Shown in pieces: positions 50,841-64,000 of a DNA stretch of 64,000 nt. Both the position numbers and the translations under genes were made by a program. Positions within the stretch are counted from its first letter, which is position 1. Each line of letters starts with the position of its first letter. Origin of the DNA: Octopus sinensis. Taxonomy: Eukaryota. Where the stretch lies: positions 162,316,001 through 162,380,000 of the forward strand of contig NC_043000.1 of the NCBI RefSeq assembly GCF_006345805.1, written 5' to 3'. Below the pieces are notes generated by a model. That model was not told the origin of the DNA. It worked only from the letters and a program-made list of their open reading frames with translations, and ran no database searches.

Positions 50841-50953
50841 ACCTCCCACATTAGCTGACGTGCCCTAAAATGTTGGAACCTCCCACATTAGCTGACGTGC
50901 CCTAAAATGTTGGAACCTCCCACATTAGCTGATGTGCCATAAAATGTTGGAAC
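50841..50953 (+). repeat. 37-bp tandem repeat x3 (ACCTCCCACATTAGCTGACGTGCCCTAAAATGTTGGA)
   Basis: Units start at 50841, 50878 and 50915. Confidence 0.95.
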
Positions 50954-51286
50954 GAGGTGTAATAAATATGCATACACACCTGCGCTCGCACGCACATATA
51001 CCTGTCTGATTGCATCAAGCAAAGAATGGAAAAATATGTGCGTCGATCAAAAATACTTTGTGATTCCGGTTTCTTCATACCTCAACGTCCTCTGAATTCT
51101 ATTCGACATTCTTACTTCAAGTAGGCAATGAAATAAATACCAGCCAAAATATAAGAATCGATATAATCGATCAAAAATCAATGAAGTCGGGGATACTTGT
51201 ATGATGGCAATCAAGTGATTGAAATCAGAAAGAGAATGTATTTAATGAAAAGGAGAAAGAAACAGACAGACACAGCCATGCAGACA

Positions 51287-51585
<299 letters not shown>

Positions 51586-51586
<1 letters not shown>

Positions 51587-54451
51587 TGTTTCTTTATTAG
51601 CCACACAGGGCTGCACATAGATAGAACAAATTACAAGGTAGAGCTTTTCTTTTGGGGGTAAAAAAAAGGAGAGTGGTGGTTTTCGATCAAAAGGGATCGT
51701 AAAAGGAAAGAAAAAGGACAAATAAAAAGGGGAGGGGTTAAAAAAAGGGGGGGAGAGAAAAAAAAAGAATAATAGGGATCGTTATCACAGAAATGTCAAT
51801 ATGAAGTGTAAAGGGGAGGACAGGTGAGGTTTACCCGTGGAAAGAAAAGCCTACGGAAAAGACCACGGTAACCTCGGTCAATGAAGTCACATGTTATATT
51901 CTTTTTTTTTTTTTTTTTTTGCAAATAAGCAACTCTCTGTATTAATTTTTATGGTTCATAGAATCATAGTCAAGGTGGCTTCGTCATTCATACGTGCCAT
52001 CCTTGCTACATTCACCCATCTTTTTCTAAAACAATCACTAGACAAAACTTGCCTCTCTACTCTCACTTTCCTCTTCAAGTGATACTTGAAGAAGTTGATG
52101 AGAGATTGACCAGAGAGGAAAGTGTTTGTCTCTAATCCTTTCAGGCGCGTCCACCAGATACATTCTTTCGCCATAGCCACAAGTATGATAAAAATAGCTC
52201 TTCCTTCCCGTTTGAAAGAAGGAGGCGTGACGATATTAACGATAGACTCGGCTGATAAACCGACACGTCCCACACGTAACAGCAGTCGTTCGACATAAGC
52301 CCACAGGTCGGAAATTGCTGGACACTGCACGATTGCGTGCAGAGCGGTTTCGTCGCTCTGCCCGCATCTCGGGCAGGTCGGCCCCGTGTTTCTCGAGCCA
52401 TGCCTATAGAGCTTATCCCGAACGGGTAGCGATTCTCGGTAGCACCGCCAGGCCAGGGATCTCTGGAAGTTGTCCATAGGTCCCGGGCCGAAAGTCGTTT
52501 GAAACAGGCGGGTCAGGTATTCCTCGTCGACGCCCAGGTTTGCCCCGAGCTCGTCGTCGTACCTCCCCTCCACTAATCCCCTATAGAATGCTTTGGTTGT
52601 GTTGAAGTCACTCCAGGTCGACCCGGGACGGCAGAGTTGCTTGAGAGCAACGCGACACTCGCGGTGCCATTCGCCCTTCCTCGGCCTCTTTTTGATCCAC
52701 GACTGTAGTTCGGTCATGGAGACGAGTTGCGGGAATGCGTGCCTCACAAACGGCGACCACACCTGTTCACCGTCGTCTACATAGAGCCGGAGATGTCGCA
52801 GTCTCAGCGCGTGTCTGCGCATCATCAACCACGGCATGCCCAGCCCTCCTTTTAACGGGTGTTGACAGCAAATGGATCGCCTGACCATCGGGACGCATCC
52901 TTTTCACAAGAAGCGGAAGAGTATGCGTTATAGTTTGGTGATGGTAGGGTCGGGACAAGGTACGACGGTCAGGCGGTAGTAGATGATGGACGCGATGTAC
53001 GCGTTCACCACCTCCGCCCGACCTTTTAGGGACAGTTTCCTCTCGGCCCATTGCTGGGCGAGAGTGACCACCCTACTCGTTATCTCGTTCCAGTTCTTCT
53101 CCATTTGGAGGTCCGGACTGAACCAGACACCGAGCAACTCAACTGGGCCGTCTGTCCAGCGTCCCACGACGGAGGTACTGGTGGACGGCATGGGCTTGCT
53201 TCTCCAGGTGCCGAGCCGCAAGCCCACTGACTTTTCCAGGTTGATTTTTGCTCCTGTCACCGCTTCGTAGTCTTTCAGTGTCTCGCCGACCCGCTCGATG
53301 TGCTCGTGGCTTGACACTATGACGGTGACGTCGTCCGCGTATGCAGACACACTCGTCCCGCATCCCAATTCTCACGGGATGCCCCTTAGAGTCGCCAGCT
53401 TCCGCAGTAGTGGCTCAAGAGTCAATACGTATAGAAGCGCCGAGAGGGGGCATCCCTGACGGACCGAACGTGCAATGTCGAAAGGTCTCGATAGATGTCC
53501 ATTTACGCGAATTACCGAACGGATGCCTCTGTACAAGGCAGCTATCCAGCCGCGGAAGACGGGACCGAAACCAGCCGCTCTCAGGACTGCCTCCAAGTAT
53601 CGATGGTCTACCCTATCAAAGGCTTTCGATTGATCCAAGTTGATCAGGGCCCCACCCATGCCAGGTTCGTTAACTACCCTGTCTATGATGTAGCGCATCA
53701 GATGGAGGTTGTCATGGATGCTCCGACCCGGCACGGCGCATGTTTGTGCGTTGTCGACCAGTTTCTCGATGACAAGCGCCAACCTCTTGGCTAACACCTT
53801 TGTCAAAATTTTCAGGTCTGCATTGAGCAGCGTGATTGGTCTAAAGTTATCTATAATGTTTCCCTTGTTTGGATCTTTCTTCAGCAGAGTTACAGCTCCT
53901 CGACTCACAAAACCGGGTATGCTCCCGTTTTGCTGTCAGTTGCAGTATACCGCTGCCAAGACGTCTCCAAACAAGTCTGGCATACAATTGTAAAACTCGT
54001 AGGGTAGACCATCCAAACCCGGTGATTTGTCCCTCGAGCATTCTGCTATCGCTTCCTGCACTTCCGCTGCCGTGATGGCACCTTCGCAGCACCCTGCCTT
54101 TCTTGTTGAGAGTCGTGGCAGGCTATGTAGGTAGGCACTGAAGTCCACCCTACGTTCTTGCCCTCCACTCGTCCCGAACAGTCGGGCAAAATGCTGCTGA
54201 AAGGCCTCACACATTTTACTTGGCTCGAGCAATTCGCGCCCCTGTTCATCTACCAGTGACCGAATGGTGGCTTTGTTGCCCTGTTGCGCCTCTGCCACCC
54301 GGGCCTCTCTCGCGGCTCCAACACCTTCGTTCCTTAGAGCACGCATCCTAGCTCTGACAGCACATCCTTCGTGTTTGGCGTTGAAGTGTTGGTCGAGGGC
54401 CAACCTCGCCGCCAAAACGTCGGATGCGATGCCGCTTCTAATTGCCTCAGG
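51586..54451 (-). mobile_element. 5'-truncated Tx1 (L1-clade) LINE: ORF2 linker, RT, CCHC finger and 3' UTR
   Basis: KSPGLDGLPYEFY, NFRPITLLNADLKI, DQSKAFDRVDH, RQGCPLS, YADDVT, CPRCGQSDETALHAIVQC, all in one frame with 4 premature stops; UTR ends AATAAAgaaac(ATCT)n. Confidence 0.95.
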
Positions 54452-54552
<101 letters not shown>

Positions 54553-54554
54553 GT

Positions 54555-54730
54555 TAGTTAAAAATTTTGGCACAAGGCTACCAAATTTTAGGGGAAGTGT
54601 TCAGCTGGTACTTTTTTAATCGACCCCGAAAGTCAAACTCTGCAGAATTTGAACTCAGAATGTAAAGATAGACGAAATACTGCTAAGCATTTTGTCAGGC
54701 GCGTTAACGATTCTGCCAGTTCGACGCCTT
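54555..54730 (-). mobile_element. SINE B copy
   Basis: aaattttggcacaagg tail; atcgaccccgaaag; gttaacgattctgccagttcgacgcctt head. Confidence 0.75.
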
Positions 54731-55466
54731 ATTTAGATAGAATGAGAGTGAATGAGAGAGAGTGAGAGAGATCTTCAGTAAAAGTAATCTTACAGAAATG
54801 TCAACTCAACACGTTTTCATTTTGTATTTAGCTAAATTTTGAGAGAAAATCATTTCTGTCTGGAGCTATTTTTGACAGGACGTTTTTAATTAAAGTCATC
54901 AATACATCCATTTGTAACAGCACCACCATCTTCTCTATGACCAATACATTTAGTAATAATTTCATTTCGATAATTACTTCCAGTGCAATACCAAATCTAC
55001 AACCATAACCAAATATCATTAGCTCGAAGTGATAGAAATAGCATCCAAATCTCTCAAAATTGCATCCTATATTTTAGAAAGGGTATGTTGGGTATTGCGG
55101 AACTTAGTTCCAAAATAGCAGAAGAATGAAAAGATGGCCACAGTTGGAACGTCTTTCATCCTAAATCTCTTCGATCATAGTTTAACAGGGTCTAAACGAT
55201 GTCAACAAATGCAACGCCATCAATGCATCTATGAGAGATCCTATATCTAGTCGCAGCCATATTTCCCTCAAAGTACATCCTACAGCCTTCACAAAAAGAA
55301 AAATATGACGTAGTCTTAAGTGTCCTAAAAGAGGGTGGCTATGGCTGGAATGGCTTTTACCATTCATCCAACTGAGTAGGGCTACTTGAGATTAAAGAAC
55401 GGTAACATAAATAAATATACTAAAACGACCACAACCACCAAAAACAACTCCATCAATAATTACTAA

Positions 55467-55860
55467 GACAGGCACAGGAGTGGCTGTGTGGTAGGTAGCT
55501 TGCTTACCAACCACATGGTTCCGGGTTCAGTGCTACTGCGTGGCACCTTGGGCACGTGTTTTCTACTATAGCATCGGGCCGACCAAAGCATTGTGAGTGG
55601 ATTTGGTAGACGGAAACTGAAAGAAGCCCATCGTATATATGTATATATATATATGTATGTGTGTTTGCGTTTGTTCCCCCAACATCGCTTGACTACCGAT
55701 GCTGGTGTGTATACGTCCCCGCAGCATAGCGGTTCGGCAAAAGAGACCGATAGAATAAGTACTAGGCTTCCAAAGAATAATTCCTGAGGTTGATTTGCTG
55801 TCTAAAGGCGGTGCGCCAGTATGGCCGCAGTCAAATGACCGAAACAAGTAAAAAAAAAAA
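55467..55860 (+). mobile_element. Full-length SINE A
   Basis: aggcacaggagtggctgtgtgg head through gaaacaagtaaaa tail. Confidence 0.9.
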
Positions 55861-56079
55861 AAGAAAGACAACTATTAATATTATTACCACCACCAACAAC
55901 GACACCAGGAATTAGATATACTAGAAATAACAGCAGAATCTTTAAATCTAAATCTACTGGTCTGAAAGACACATCAGATAATATAGTTTCAGCTTCGCTA
56001 TGTCCAGCGATTTCGGTTTAGACACTTTTCATCACAGATTTGTACAAGGAGGGTTGGATCGGACGGAGGTGGGCCTAAG

Positions 56080-57400
56080 CACCAACAACAGCAACAACGC
56101 AGTTACTGAATCCATAAACCTTAACAACAACAACAACAACAGCAACAACACCAAAAACAAAAACAACAGCAACAACAACAACAACAACAATGAAAACAAC
56201 CGACAGCACCAACAGAATCTTTACTTCTTCCGGAATCATCCATCATAGCCAACCGCAACCATCGTCTTTATCATATCCCCCACAAACTTCCATGATCACT
56301 AGCCCCCTGCCACCACCAGCATTACCAATGCCACACCACACCACCACCACCACCACAAACAACAACAACAACAACGTCAACAACACCACAACCACAACCC
56401 TACCACTACCATCATTGCCACCCCATCACCCCTACAACCACCAACACTCACCTCACCACCACCACCACCACCAGCAACATCAACAACCATCTCACCACCA
56501 CCACCACCACCACCGTCATTGCAGCCACCATTACCCTCTTACCAGCAAAATGTATATTTTCACAATAGTAACCACCACCGCCATCATCACTCTCCAGTTA
56601 CTCGAAACCGCATCGATCTTACGTGTTCAGAAGAGACGACAAGGGACATCAGGGTGTTAGGGAGATCCTTCCTGGTCAGATGTCATTATCACCACCACTA
56701 CCAGCAGCACCACCCATGCGCCGCCGCCGCCACCACCACCACCACCACCACAACCACCACAAAACCACCACCACCACCACCACCACTACCACTACCACCA
56801 TCTCCACTACCAGAGCATTCGCACACACACCGCCACATCTACCAGCACCACCAACAGCATCATCACTAGCACCACTACCGTCACTATTACCACAAACACC
56901 ACCACCACTACTAGCACTATCAGCACCACCAACAGCAGTACCACCACGACTACCAGCACCGCTATCATCATCATCATCATCATCATTACTATCACCACTA
57001 CTAGTGCCACCACCACCACCACCACCATCAACAATAACAGCACAGATTTCCTCATTATATCACACCCGTCACCAGCACCAGCACTGCCTTTGTCACCACT
57101 TCTTTTTTGCATATATGACCACCACTAATCATTCATTCAAGTCTTTGTAACTCTGACACTATCACACCCCAGCCACACTGCCACCCCTGACACAATCACA
57201 ACCACCCAGCACTGCCGTCAGCATCCCCACAAAACACGAACTCTTCACGAGTACGCCCCGATACTCTTACCACAAATATCACCGCCATAACTATTAAACC
57301 CCCACAACAACAACCACCACCACCACCACCACCACCACCACGACCTTCATTATCGCAACAGCAGCAGTAAGAACAACGTGAACAACAACAATAACATCCC
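56080..57400. repeat. (CAA/CAC/CAT)n low-complexity domain
   Basis: Direct reading. Confidence 0.9.
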
Positions 57401-57707
57401 TCCCCCACTCAATCATTATTATCTAATGATCATCAAATATTATTACCGCCATTGCTATTGCTTGAACATCAGTGTAGCTTATTACGTCACTGTGCGCGAA
57501 AAGGGTTTGGCGTAGAAGTTGTGATAAGCTTGTATGGCTGAGTCACGCCATCATAGGGCAAGACTGAAGAGTTGTGAGTTAAGAGGGGAGGGCACGTAAA
57601 AGTAGGGCAAATGAAGAGCAAAAGAAAAAGAAAAAGAGCAAAAAGAGGAAGGGTATATATATATATATATACATGTTTACATTACATATATATATATATA
57701 TATATTA

Positions 57708-57744
<37 letters not shown>

Positions 57745-58049
57745 TCCGTCTAGGGAGAGAGAGAGACAGAGAGGAAGGAAGAGAGAGGAAAGCGAATCAG
57801 AAAGAGAGAAAACAGACAGACAGAATGACAGTATGACAGAGACAGATAGACAGAGATAGAGAGAGTTGGGTGTTTATAAACCAGTTGATAGACAAATAGC
57901 CGTAGAGACCGAAATATCGACAGATGACAGGCAGACACACGGACGCAGAAAGACTCATACGCGCGTACATATACACACAGAAACGTACACACACATACAC
58001 ATGCATATTCCTCGGTTGCTCAAAATTAATGTTGCTACCCCAATAATTT

Positions 58050-58475
58050 GTATACTCTTTTACTCTTTACTCTTTTACGTGTTTCAGTCATTTGACTGCG
58101 GCCATGCTGGAGCACCGCGTTTTGTCGAGCAAATCGACCCCGGGACTTATTCTTTGTAAGCCCAGTACTTATTCTATCGGTCTCTTTTTGCCGAACCGCT
58201 AGATAACGGGGACGTAAACACACCAGCATCGGTTGTCAAGCAATGCTAGGGGGACAAACACAGACACACAAACACACACACACATACACATATGTATATA
58301 TATATACATATATACGACAGGCTTCTTTTCAGTTTCCGTCTACCAAATCCACTCACAAGGCATTGGTCGGCCCGGGGCTATAGCAGAAGACACTTGCCCA
58401 AGATGCCACGCAGTGGGACTGAACCCGGAACCATGTGGTTGGTTAGCAAGCTACTTACCACACAGCCACTCCTAC
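58050..58475 (-). mobile_element. Full-length young SINE A
   Basis: Near-identical to 20580-21000. Confidence 0.92.
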
Positions 58476-58909
58476 TCCTGTATATTTGTCATTAAATTGA
58501 ATTTCAATTGGTATTCCATCAATATATGCAATCACTCTCGTCAGATAACACTCTAATCTATTGAAATTGCCTCATAATTAAATAATCATCGAAGATTACT
58601 AGTTTTTTTCATAATTTGTTTAGATCTTCATTAATTATGTTGTCGCTTCCTTTTGATATTATAATAATGTCAGTAATTACAAGTTTTTTTTAGAAAAACA
58701 TTCATTAAGAAAGAAACAAAATGTTGAAATGTATGAAAACAAAAACAAAACGTATACGCATGCGTTCCATTTTCGTCCAATGGTTTATAGACGAACTTTT
58801 GGCGATCAATGAAATAATTTCTTTAGAATCTTCTAGTAACAGGAACCAATGCTTCCTCAAATCTCATCATGTTGTCTTTACAAAGACATTCGTTAAATAA
58901 TGTAGTTTT

Positions 58910-59136
58910 TGCTACTCTTTTATTTTTAAAGTGGTTCATTCATTGGAATGCGGCCATGTTGGGGCACTGCCTTAAATAATTTAATCGAACAGATCGACCC
59001 CAGGATTTCCATTTTTTTAAAAAAATAAAGTCTGGTACTTATTCTTTGGTTACTTTAGCCGAAGCGCTAAGTTAGAGGCACGTAAAGAAACTAACACAAG
59101 TTGTCAGGTGGTGGAGGATAAACACAAAGACACACA

Positions 59137-59196
<60 letters not shown>

Positions 59197-59205
59197 ACGG
59201 TGTCT
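58910..59205 (-). mobile_element. SINE A 3' part
   Basis: gcggccatgttggggcac...atcgaccccagg...gtacttattc; ends in (CA)n. Confidence 0.6.
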
Positions 59206-59357
59206 CTGTCTATTCTATAGTCAAAATAGAAATGAGAAACAGTCTAGTTATGGGTGGGTGTTTCTTCAATTAGTGAACCAACAAAGGGCATCAGTAATTT
59301 CATTTGATCTGTTAGAAATAGGAACCAAATCTTCAAATCATACCCTGTCTTAATCAA

Positions 59358-59388
59358 AGAAAGAAAGAAAGAATGAATGAATGAATGA

Positions 59389-59440
<52 letters not shown>

Positions 59441-59448
59441 AGGAAAGA
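59358..59448. repeat. (GAAA)n microsatellite
   Basis: Direct reading. Confidence 0.95.
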
Positions 59449-60356
59449 AGCTGTAAAGCCGTATTGGTTTACGTAATGCTGGAAATATATTGATTTCCTT
59501 CTCCCATTGTTTTATACAGAAAAGCGAACGTGTTTGTCTAACGGTCATACATTAATGAAGCCAAAGGAGTTAATTGGCTTCAATCAGGGAGTGAAATCAA
59601 ATCACGTGTCCAACTTCCGGTGTAAAGAACTAGTACTTTGTAGCTCTACTGAAATAACAATTTCCCTTTGACCAGCTTAACAAGAAGTCTTTAAAATATG
59701 AAGACAACGAAATGTTAGGATTGCAGTTTTTTTGTTTTAGCGGACATTATTGCTTTAAATAAACGCAGGCATAACCCGGTGGTTAAGAAGTCCTTGGTTC
59801 AATCCCACTGTGTTGATTTTGAGTGAGTGTCTTTTAATGTAGTCAGAGGTTGATCTATGGCACGTAAGCGAATTGGTTAGCAGGAAATGTATGGAAGCAA
59901 ATGTGTAGAATAGATTGCAATTCAGAGGTCAAGCGATGTTAGCGTAACTATATCATGCCGAATCAATATTATCACACTGAGTCGACCCGATAATTACTCG
60001 GTCACATACATCTAAATTTAATGAGAAAGTAGATTTGTTGATCGATCAGTTGAATATTCATCAGTCAAAATCTACAAAGAAACCTCCCACCCATCCATCT
60101 ATGCATCCATGCATCCAGCCATCCTCGTCATCGTCATCCTTGATGGATTATACGAAGCTGAGTTCTGCAATAAAATATCGGGAAAAGATGTCTCTATTTT
60201 GTTAGTTTGCAACATGGTACTGAATAAGATGTCGTTGATCGAGCTAATGATCATTGCGGTATGTGATCATGCTCCCTTATATCATACGGTATTGTCTAAA
60301 GAGAAAAAAAATGGAAGAAGATACTGCATAATGTGATTCTAGATACATTGACTGTT

Positions 60357-60650
60357 GGAGGCTCATGGCCTAGTGGTTAGAGCAGCGGACTTGCGGTGGA
60401 GGGATCGCAGGTTCGAATCTCAAACCGGGCGATATGTGTATTTATGAGCGAAACACCTAGGCTCCGGCAGAAGGTAATGGCGAACTTCTGCTGACTCTTC
60501 CGCCACAACTTTCTCTCACTCTTTCTTCCAGCATTTTGCAGCTCAGCTGCGACGGACCGGCGTCCCGTCTAGGTGGGGAACCTGTACGCCAAGGAAACCA
60601 GGAAACCGGCCGTTATGAGCCAGGCCTGGCTCGAGGAGGAACAAACAAAG
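60357..60650 (+). mobile_element. SINE family E: tRNA-Arg-like head and a V-SINE-like central motif
   Basis: tggcctagtggttagagc (A box), ggttcgaatct (B box); ctgcgacggaccggcgtcccgtctagg; (AAAC) tail. Confidence 0.7.
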
Positions 60651-60658
60651 CAGTTACA

Positions 60659-61052
60659 TTGGCTGGCACTCTGTCGGTTACGACGACGAATGTTCCAGTT
60701 GAACCGATAAACGGAACAACCTGCTCGTGAAATTACAGACACGTATACGCTTAACGTAGTTTTTAGGGAGATTCATTGTGACACAGGATGTGACAAGGCT
60801 GGCCCTTTGAAATACAGGTACAACTCATTTTTGCCAACTGAGTGGACTGGAGTAACGTGAAATATATATTTGTCATTAAATGTATATTTGTCATTCAACT
60901 GGTATTCCATCAATATATGCAATCACTCCTGTCAAGTAACACTCTAATCTATGGAAATTGCCTCATAATTAAATAAGGACACAGAGTGCCACTGGAATCG
61001 AACTCACGACTTTACGACCTTCGGCCGAATACCCCTAACCACAAAGCCATGC
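60659..61052 (-). mobile_element. SINE D interrupted by a locally copied ~110-bp segment (60865-60974)
   Basis: Body 60659-60864 and head 60975-61052 are colinear with 18365-18675. Confidence 0.75.
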
Positions 61053-61284
61053 ACGTTTATTCTACTTACATTATCTTTCAAGAAAGAAGAGATGTTCAGA
61101 GTAAAACGTCTTATTTCAAACATTTGCATGATAAGGATGGTATAACATCAGTTCTGAAGTTTCAGATCTAAAACTTTAAGGGAGGGGCAAGTGAATAATT
61201 CGACTGCAGTGTTCAACTCTTTTACTCTATTACATGTGGTTCGCAAGCAAGCTACTTACCACACAGCCACTCCTACGTCTGATG

Positions 61285-61420
61285 ACTATTTTATCGAACC
61301 CACCAGATGAAAGGCAAAGTTGACCTCGGCGAAATTGAACTCAGAACGTAACGGCAGACGAAATACCGCAAAGCATTTTGTCTGGCATGCTAACGATTCT
61401 GTCCGCTCGTCGCCTTGACA
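61285..61420 (-). mobile_element. SINE B copy
   Basis: gatgaaaggcaaagttgacctcggc...gctaacgattctg. Confidence 0.75.
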
Positions 61421-61854
61421 ACAATTTGTAATAAATACTGTTACTATGCAATCAATCAGCAAAACAGTTGTTAACATCTGACATGTTTTTCATTTATTCC
61501 ACAGTTTATCTAAGTTTTCCTTTAAAAAAAACCCCCCACCAAAACATGAGATTCAGCGTCAAATACTTAAATGTTTTTTACATCAATGTCATGCTCCCCT
61601 TTCGTACATTCCACCATTACTATATACGTTGATGTCATCACTTATTTCGGTAGTATCTTCTTCAAATAAAAATATTTACTTAAGGCAAGATCTGCAGAAA
61701 TGATTTAAGTTTTTCTAAACTTGGAATTGGTATACCGCCCAAGTTTCTCTGCATCGTAGAGATCTGAGATGACAACATTATAAATTTTCAATTTGGTGTT
61801 TATGCAAATAACTGGTTTGTTTCACAGTTTCTGTCACAATTTCCTAACAGCTAC

Positions 61855-62015
61855 TCTCGCTTCTTTCAGTTTCCCTCTACCAAATTCATTCACAAGGCTT
61901 TGATCGGCCCGAGGCTATAGTAGAAGACACTTGCCCAAGATGCCACGCCGTGGGACGGAACCCGGAACCATATGGTTCGTAAGCAAGCTACTTACCAGAC
62001 AGCGACTCCTACGCC
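61855..62015 (-). mobile_element. SINE A 5' half
   Basis: cttctttcagtttcc...gaagacacttgcccaagatgccacg...gaacccggaacc. Confidence 0.85.
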
Positions 62016-62758
62016 TTGAAATTATTTATATCTTTTCAACGCAGTGCTACTTTACCTTTATTCAAAGAGGTACAAACTTAGCATGTCCTAACACAGAGAT
62101 TCGCAAGAGTATGAATGCTTTGTTTGCTAATCTCAAACAAATACAGCTGTGCTGAACTAGACATATCAGTATGTCTGTCTGTAGACTTACTAGACTTCAA
62201 TATGAGAGACACAAGAAAAATACAGTGCTGATCATTTTGAGTATTCCCGAGCCGAGCTTCGTGTTGGAACTGACAGTTGTAGTCTCTTTGTTGCATAAGA
62301 GGATAGCAGACAAAGATTATATTATCTGCCAATAACAGTGAACAGAATAATTCTAGTAATATTGCTATGTGTATAAACAGCATAAATAAACAAATTTCAT
62401 GAATTTCCCGGAGTTCAGTCCTCCAACGATGCGATTTTTTCCGTGTTACCTTAAATTAGAAAATAATATTTCGTTAAGTAGGCGCTTTTTACCGCAAGCT
62501 CAGACTTCATGTAAGAAATATGTGGTTGCTTGTATGGGTACATATGAGTGTAAGGATCCACACACAGGCAATCAGACACGCATTGCACTCACCGAATAAC
62601 ATATTAACAAACGTAATCTATTCAAGAATCTCGCAAGAAAATGTAAAAAATTTCCTGATAAAAAATACATAACTAAAGCATAGTTGCTTCCAACAAAACG
62701 TACCTGTAAGTAGATCTCTCACCTACACCCTCCCCCATACATACATGCATACATACCT

Positions 62759-62796
<38 letters not shown>

Positions 62797-62829
62797 GATG
62801 TTTCAAAGACCTTACAATCGTAGACACAC

Positions 62830-63016
62830 TAATGTATGTATGTATGCATGTATGTATGCATATTTGTATGTATATATGTATGCATGTATGTTATTCTTTT
62901 TTATTTCAAGATTTCTAACCAACACAGAAAGAACCGGTTTCTAACTTCATTAGAATTTCGTATGTATGCATGTATGTATGTATGTATGTATTTATGTATG
63001 TATGTATGTATGTATG

Positions 63017-63050
<34 letters not shown>

Positions 63051-63115
63051 TGTATGTATGTATGTATGTATGTATGTATGCATGTATTTATGTATGTATG
63101 TACCTACGTACGTAT
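62830..63115. repeat. (TATG)n array with an embedded ~70-bp element (62890-62960)
   Basis: Direct reading; the embedded piece is related to 7795-7905. Confidence 0.9.
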
Positions 63116-63633
63116 GTTTCTATCTATCCATCTATCTATCTCTTACGCAGCCACCATGACACCCTATTTATAGACAGGAGTTATGCTAGTGCCCTGATCT
63201 CTGAAGCGCAACGAAACTTTTCACGTTTCATAATTCACGGTAATATTTGTTGAATATAACATTTCTTTGCTTTTTTAATGTTTATATGCTAATTATTGTT
63301 TCAGTTTCCACAAACCATCCAAGATCAACTCAAATACCTACTAACTACAAGTTCAAGTGAAGAGAGTCTTAATCAATAAACCGTTTGGACCATATCTGGC
63401 TCTCAACTATTTTACCTGTTTCATGTTCAGCCTCTCACACCCACCCCACAATGTCTTGCAATAAACAAACAGTCGCATTATCGAAATCTAGAAACTATTA
63501 TAAGATATTGCAAGATTAATTCAAAGCAATGTAGATAAATAAACATTACATTTCACATAGTAATCTGCAAAGTAAATGGAGTCATGTCCTCCTCTTTTAT
63601 TTTTCAAAATCTTTTAAAGATTCTCTCAGTTAT

Positions 63634-63671
<38 letters not shown>

Positions 63672-64000
63672 TATTCTACATCCTTGGCATTGAATTTCTC
63701 TCTGACCTCACTCACTCTATCACTCTCATCTTTCTACCGGATTCTCTAACCCTTCTCACTAACGATATCCATACTTTTCTTTCTCATCACCCACCCCCTA
63801 CTATATATTCCTTTCTTCTTACTCTCTCCTCCTCTCTCTCTCTCTCTCCTTCTTCAGCTTTTCTCTTCATTCCTGGTTCTCTCTACCTATCTTCACACAC
63901 CGTTTTTACTCTCTCTACATCTCTTGGCATTTTCTTTTTATGTCTGGTTATCCATCCATCTCTGCTATTTCTCTCACCCCGAACCCTTTTCTCTCACTGA

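Noticed and set aside
51901-51920. Poly(A) as the true 3' end of the Tx1 element
   Set aside because: No AATAAA precedes it; the sequence continues ~315 nt to an AATAAA-containing end that matches the SINE B tail
56190-57150. Overlapping His/Pro/Thr-rich ORFs
   Set aside because: (CAC/CAA)n low complexity; no recognisable domain
60357-60432. Functional tRNA gene (also considered at 22305-22375 and 21135-21205)
   Set aside because: A/B boxes are present, but acceptor and anticodon stems do not pair and the sequence runs into SINE bodies

Overview
Eukaryotic, AT-rich, repeat-dominated window. The SINE families and extreme microsatellite density point to a coleoid cephalopod, most likely Octopus (inference). 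No intact protein-coding gene, tRNA, rRNA or CRISPR array is visible. The only recognisable coding sequence comes from truncated transposons: a 2.9-kb Tx1/L1-clade LINE embedded in (GATA)n, RTE (three types), CR1 and R4/Dong fragments, and mariner remnants. There are also Helitron and hAT/Tigger MITEs and at least five tRNA-headed SINE families. The most interesting signals are: (1) several unrelated short elements carrying minimal type-I hammerhead-ribozyme-like motifs with palindromic helix III, the architecture known from Penelope-like elements; one has a tRNA/Pol III head, each family sits in its own microsatellite type, and several form fold-backs; (2) a SINE whose 3' tail is shared with the Tx1 LINE in the same window; (3) a 38-bp x ~24 tandem array inside a SINE, with a hairpin and an antisense consensus splice donor in each unit; (4) a tentative minus-strand micro-exon chain. 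Family names rest on my recall of motifs, not on database searches, and coordinates of degraded copies are approximate.
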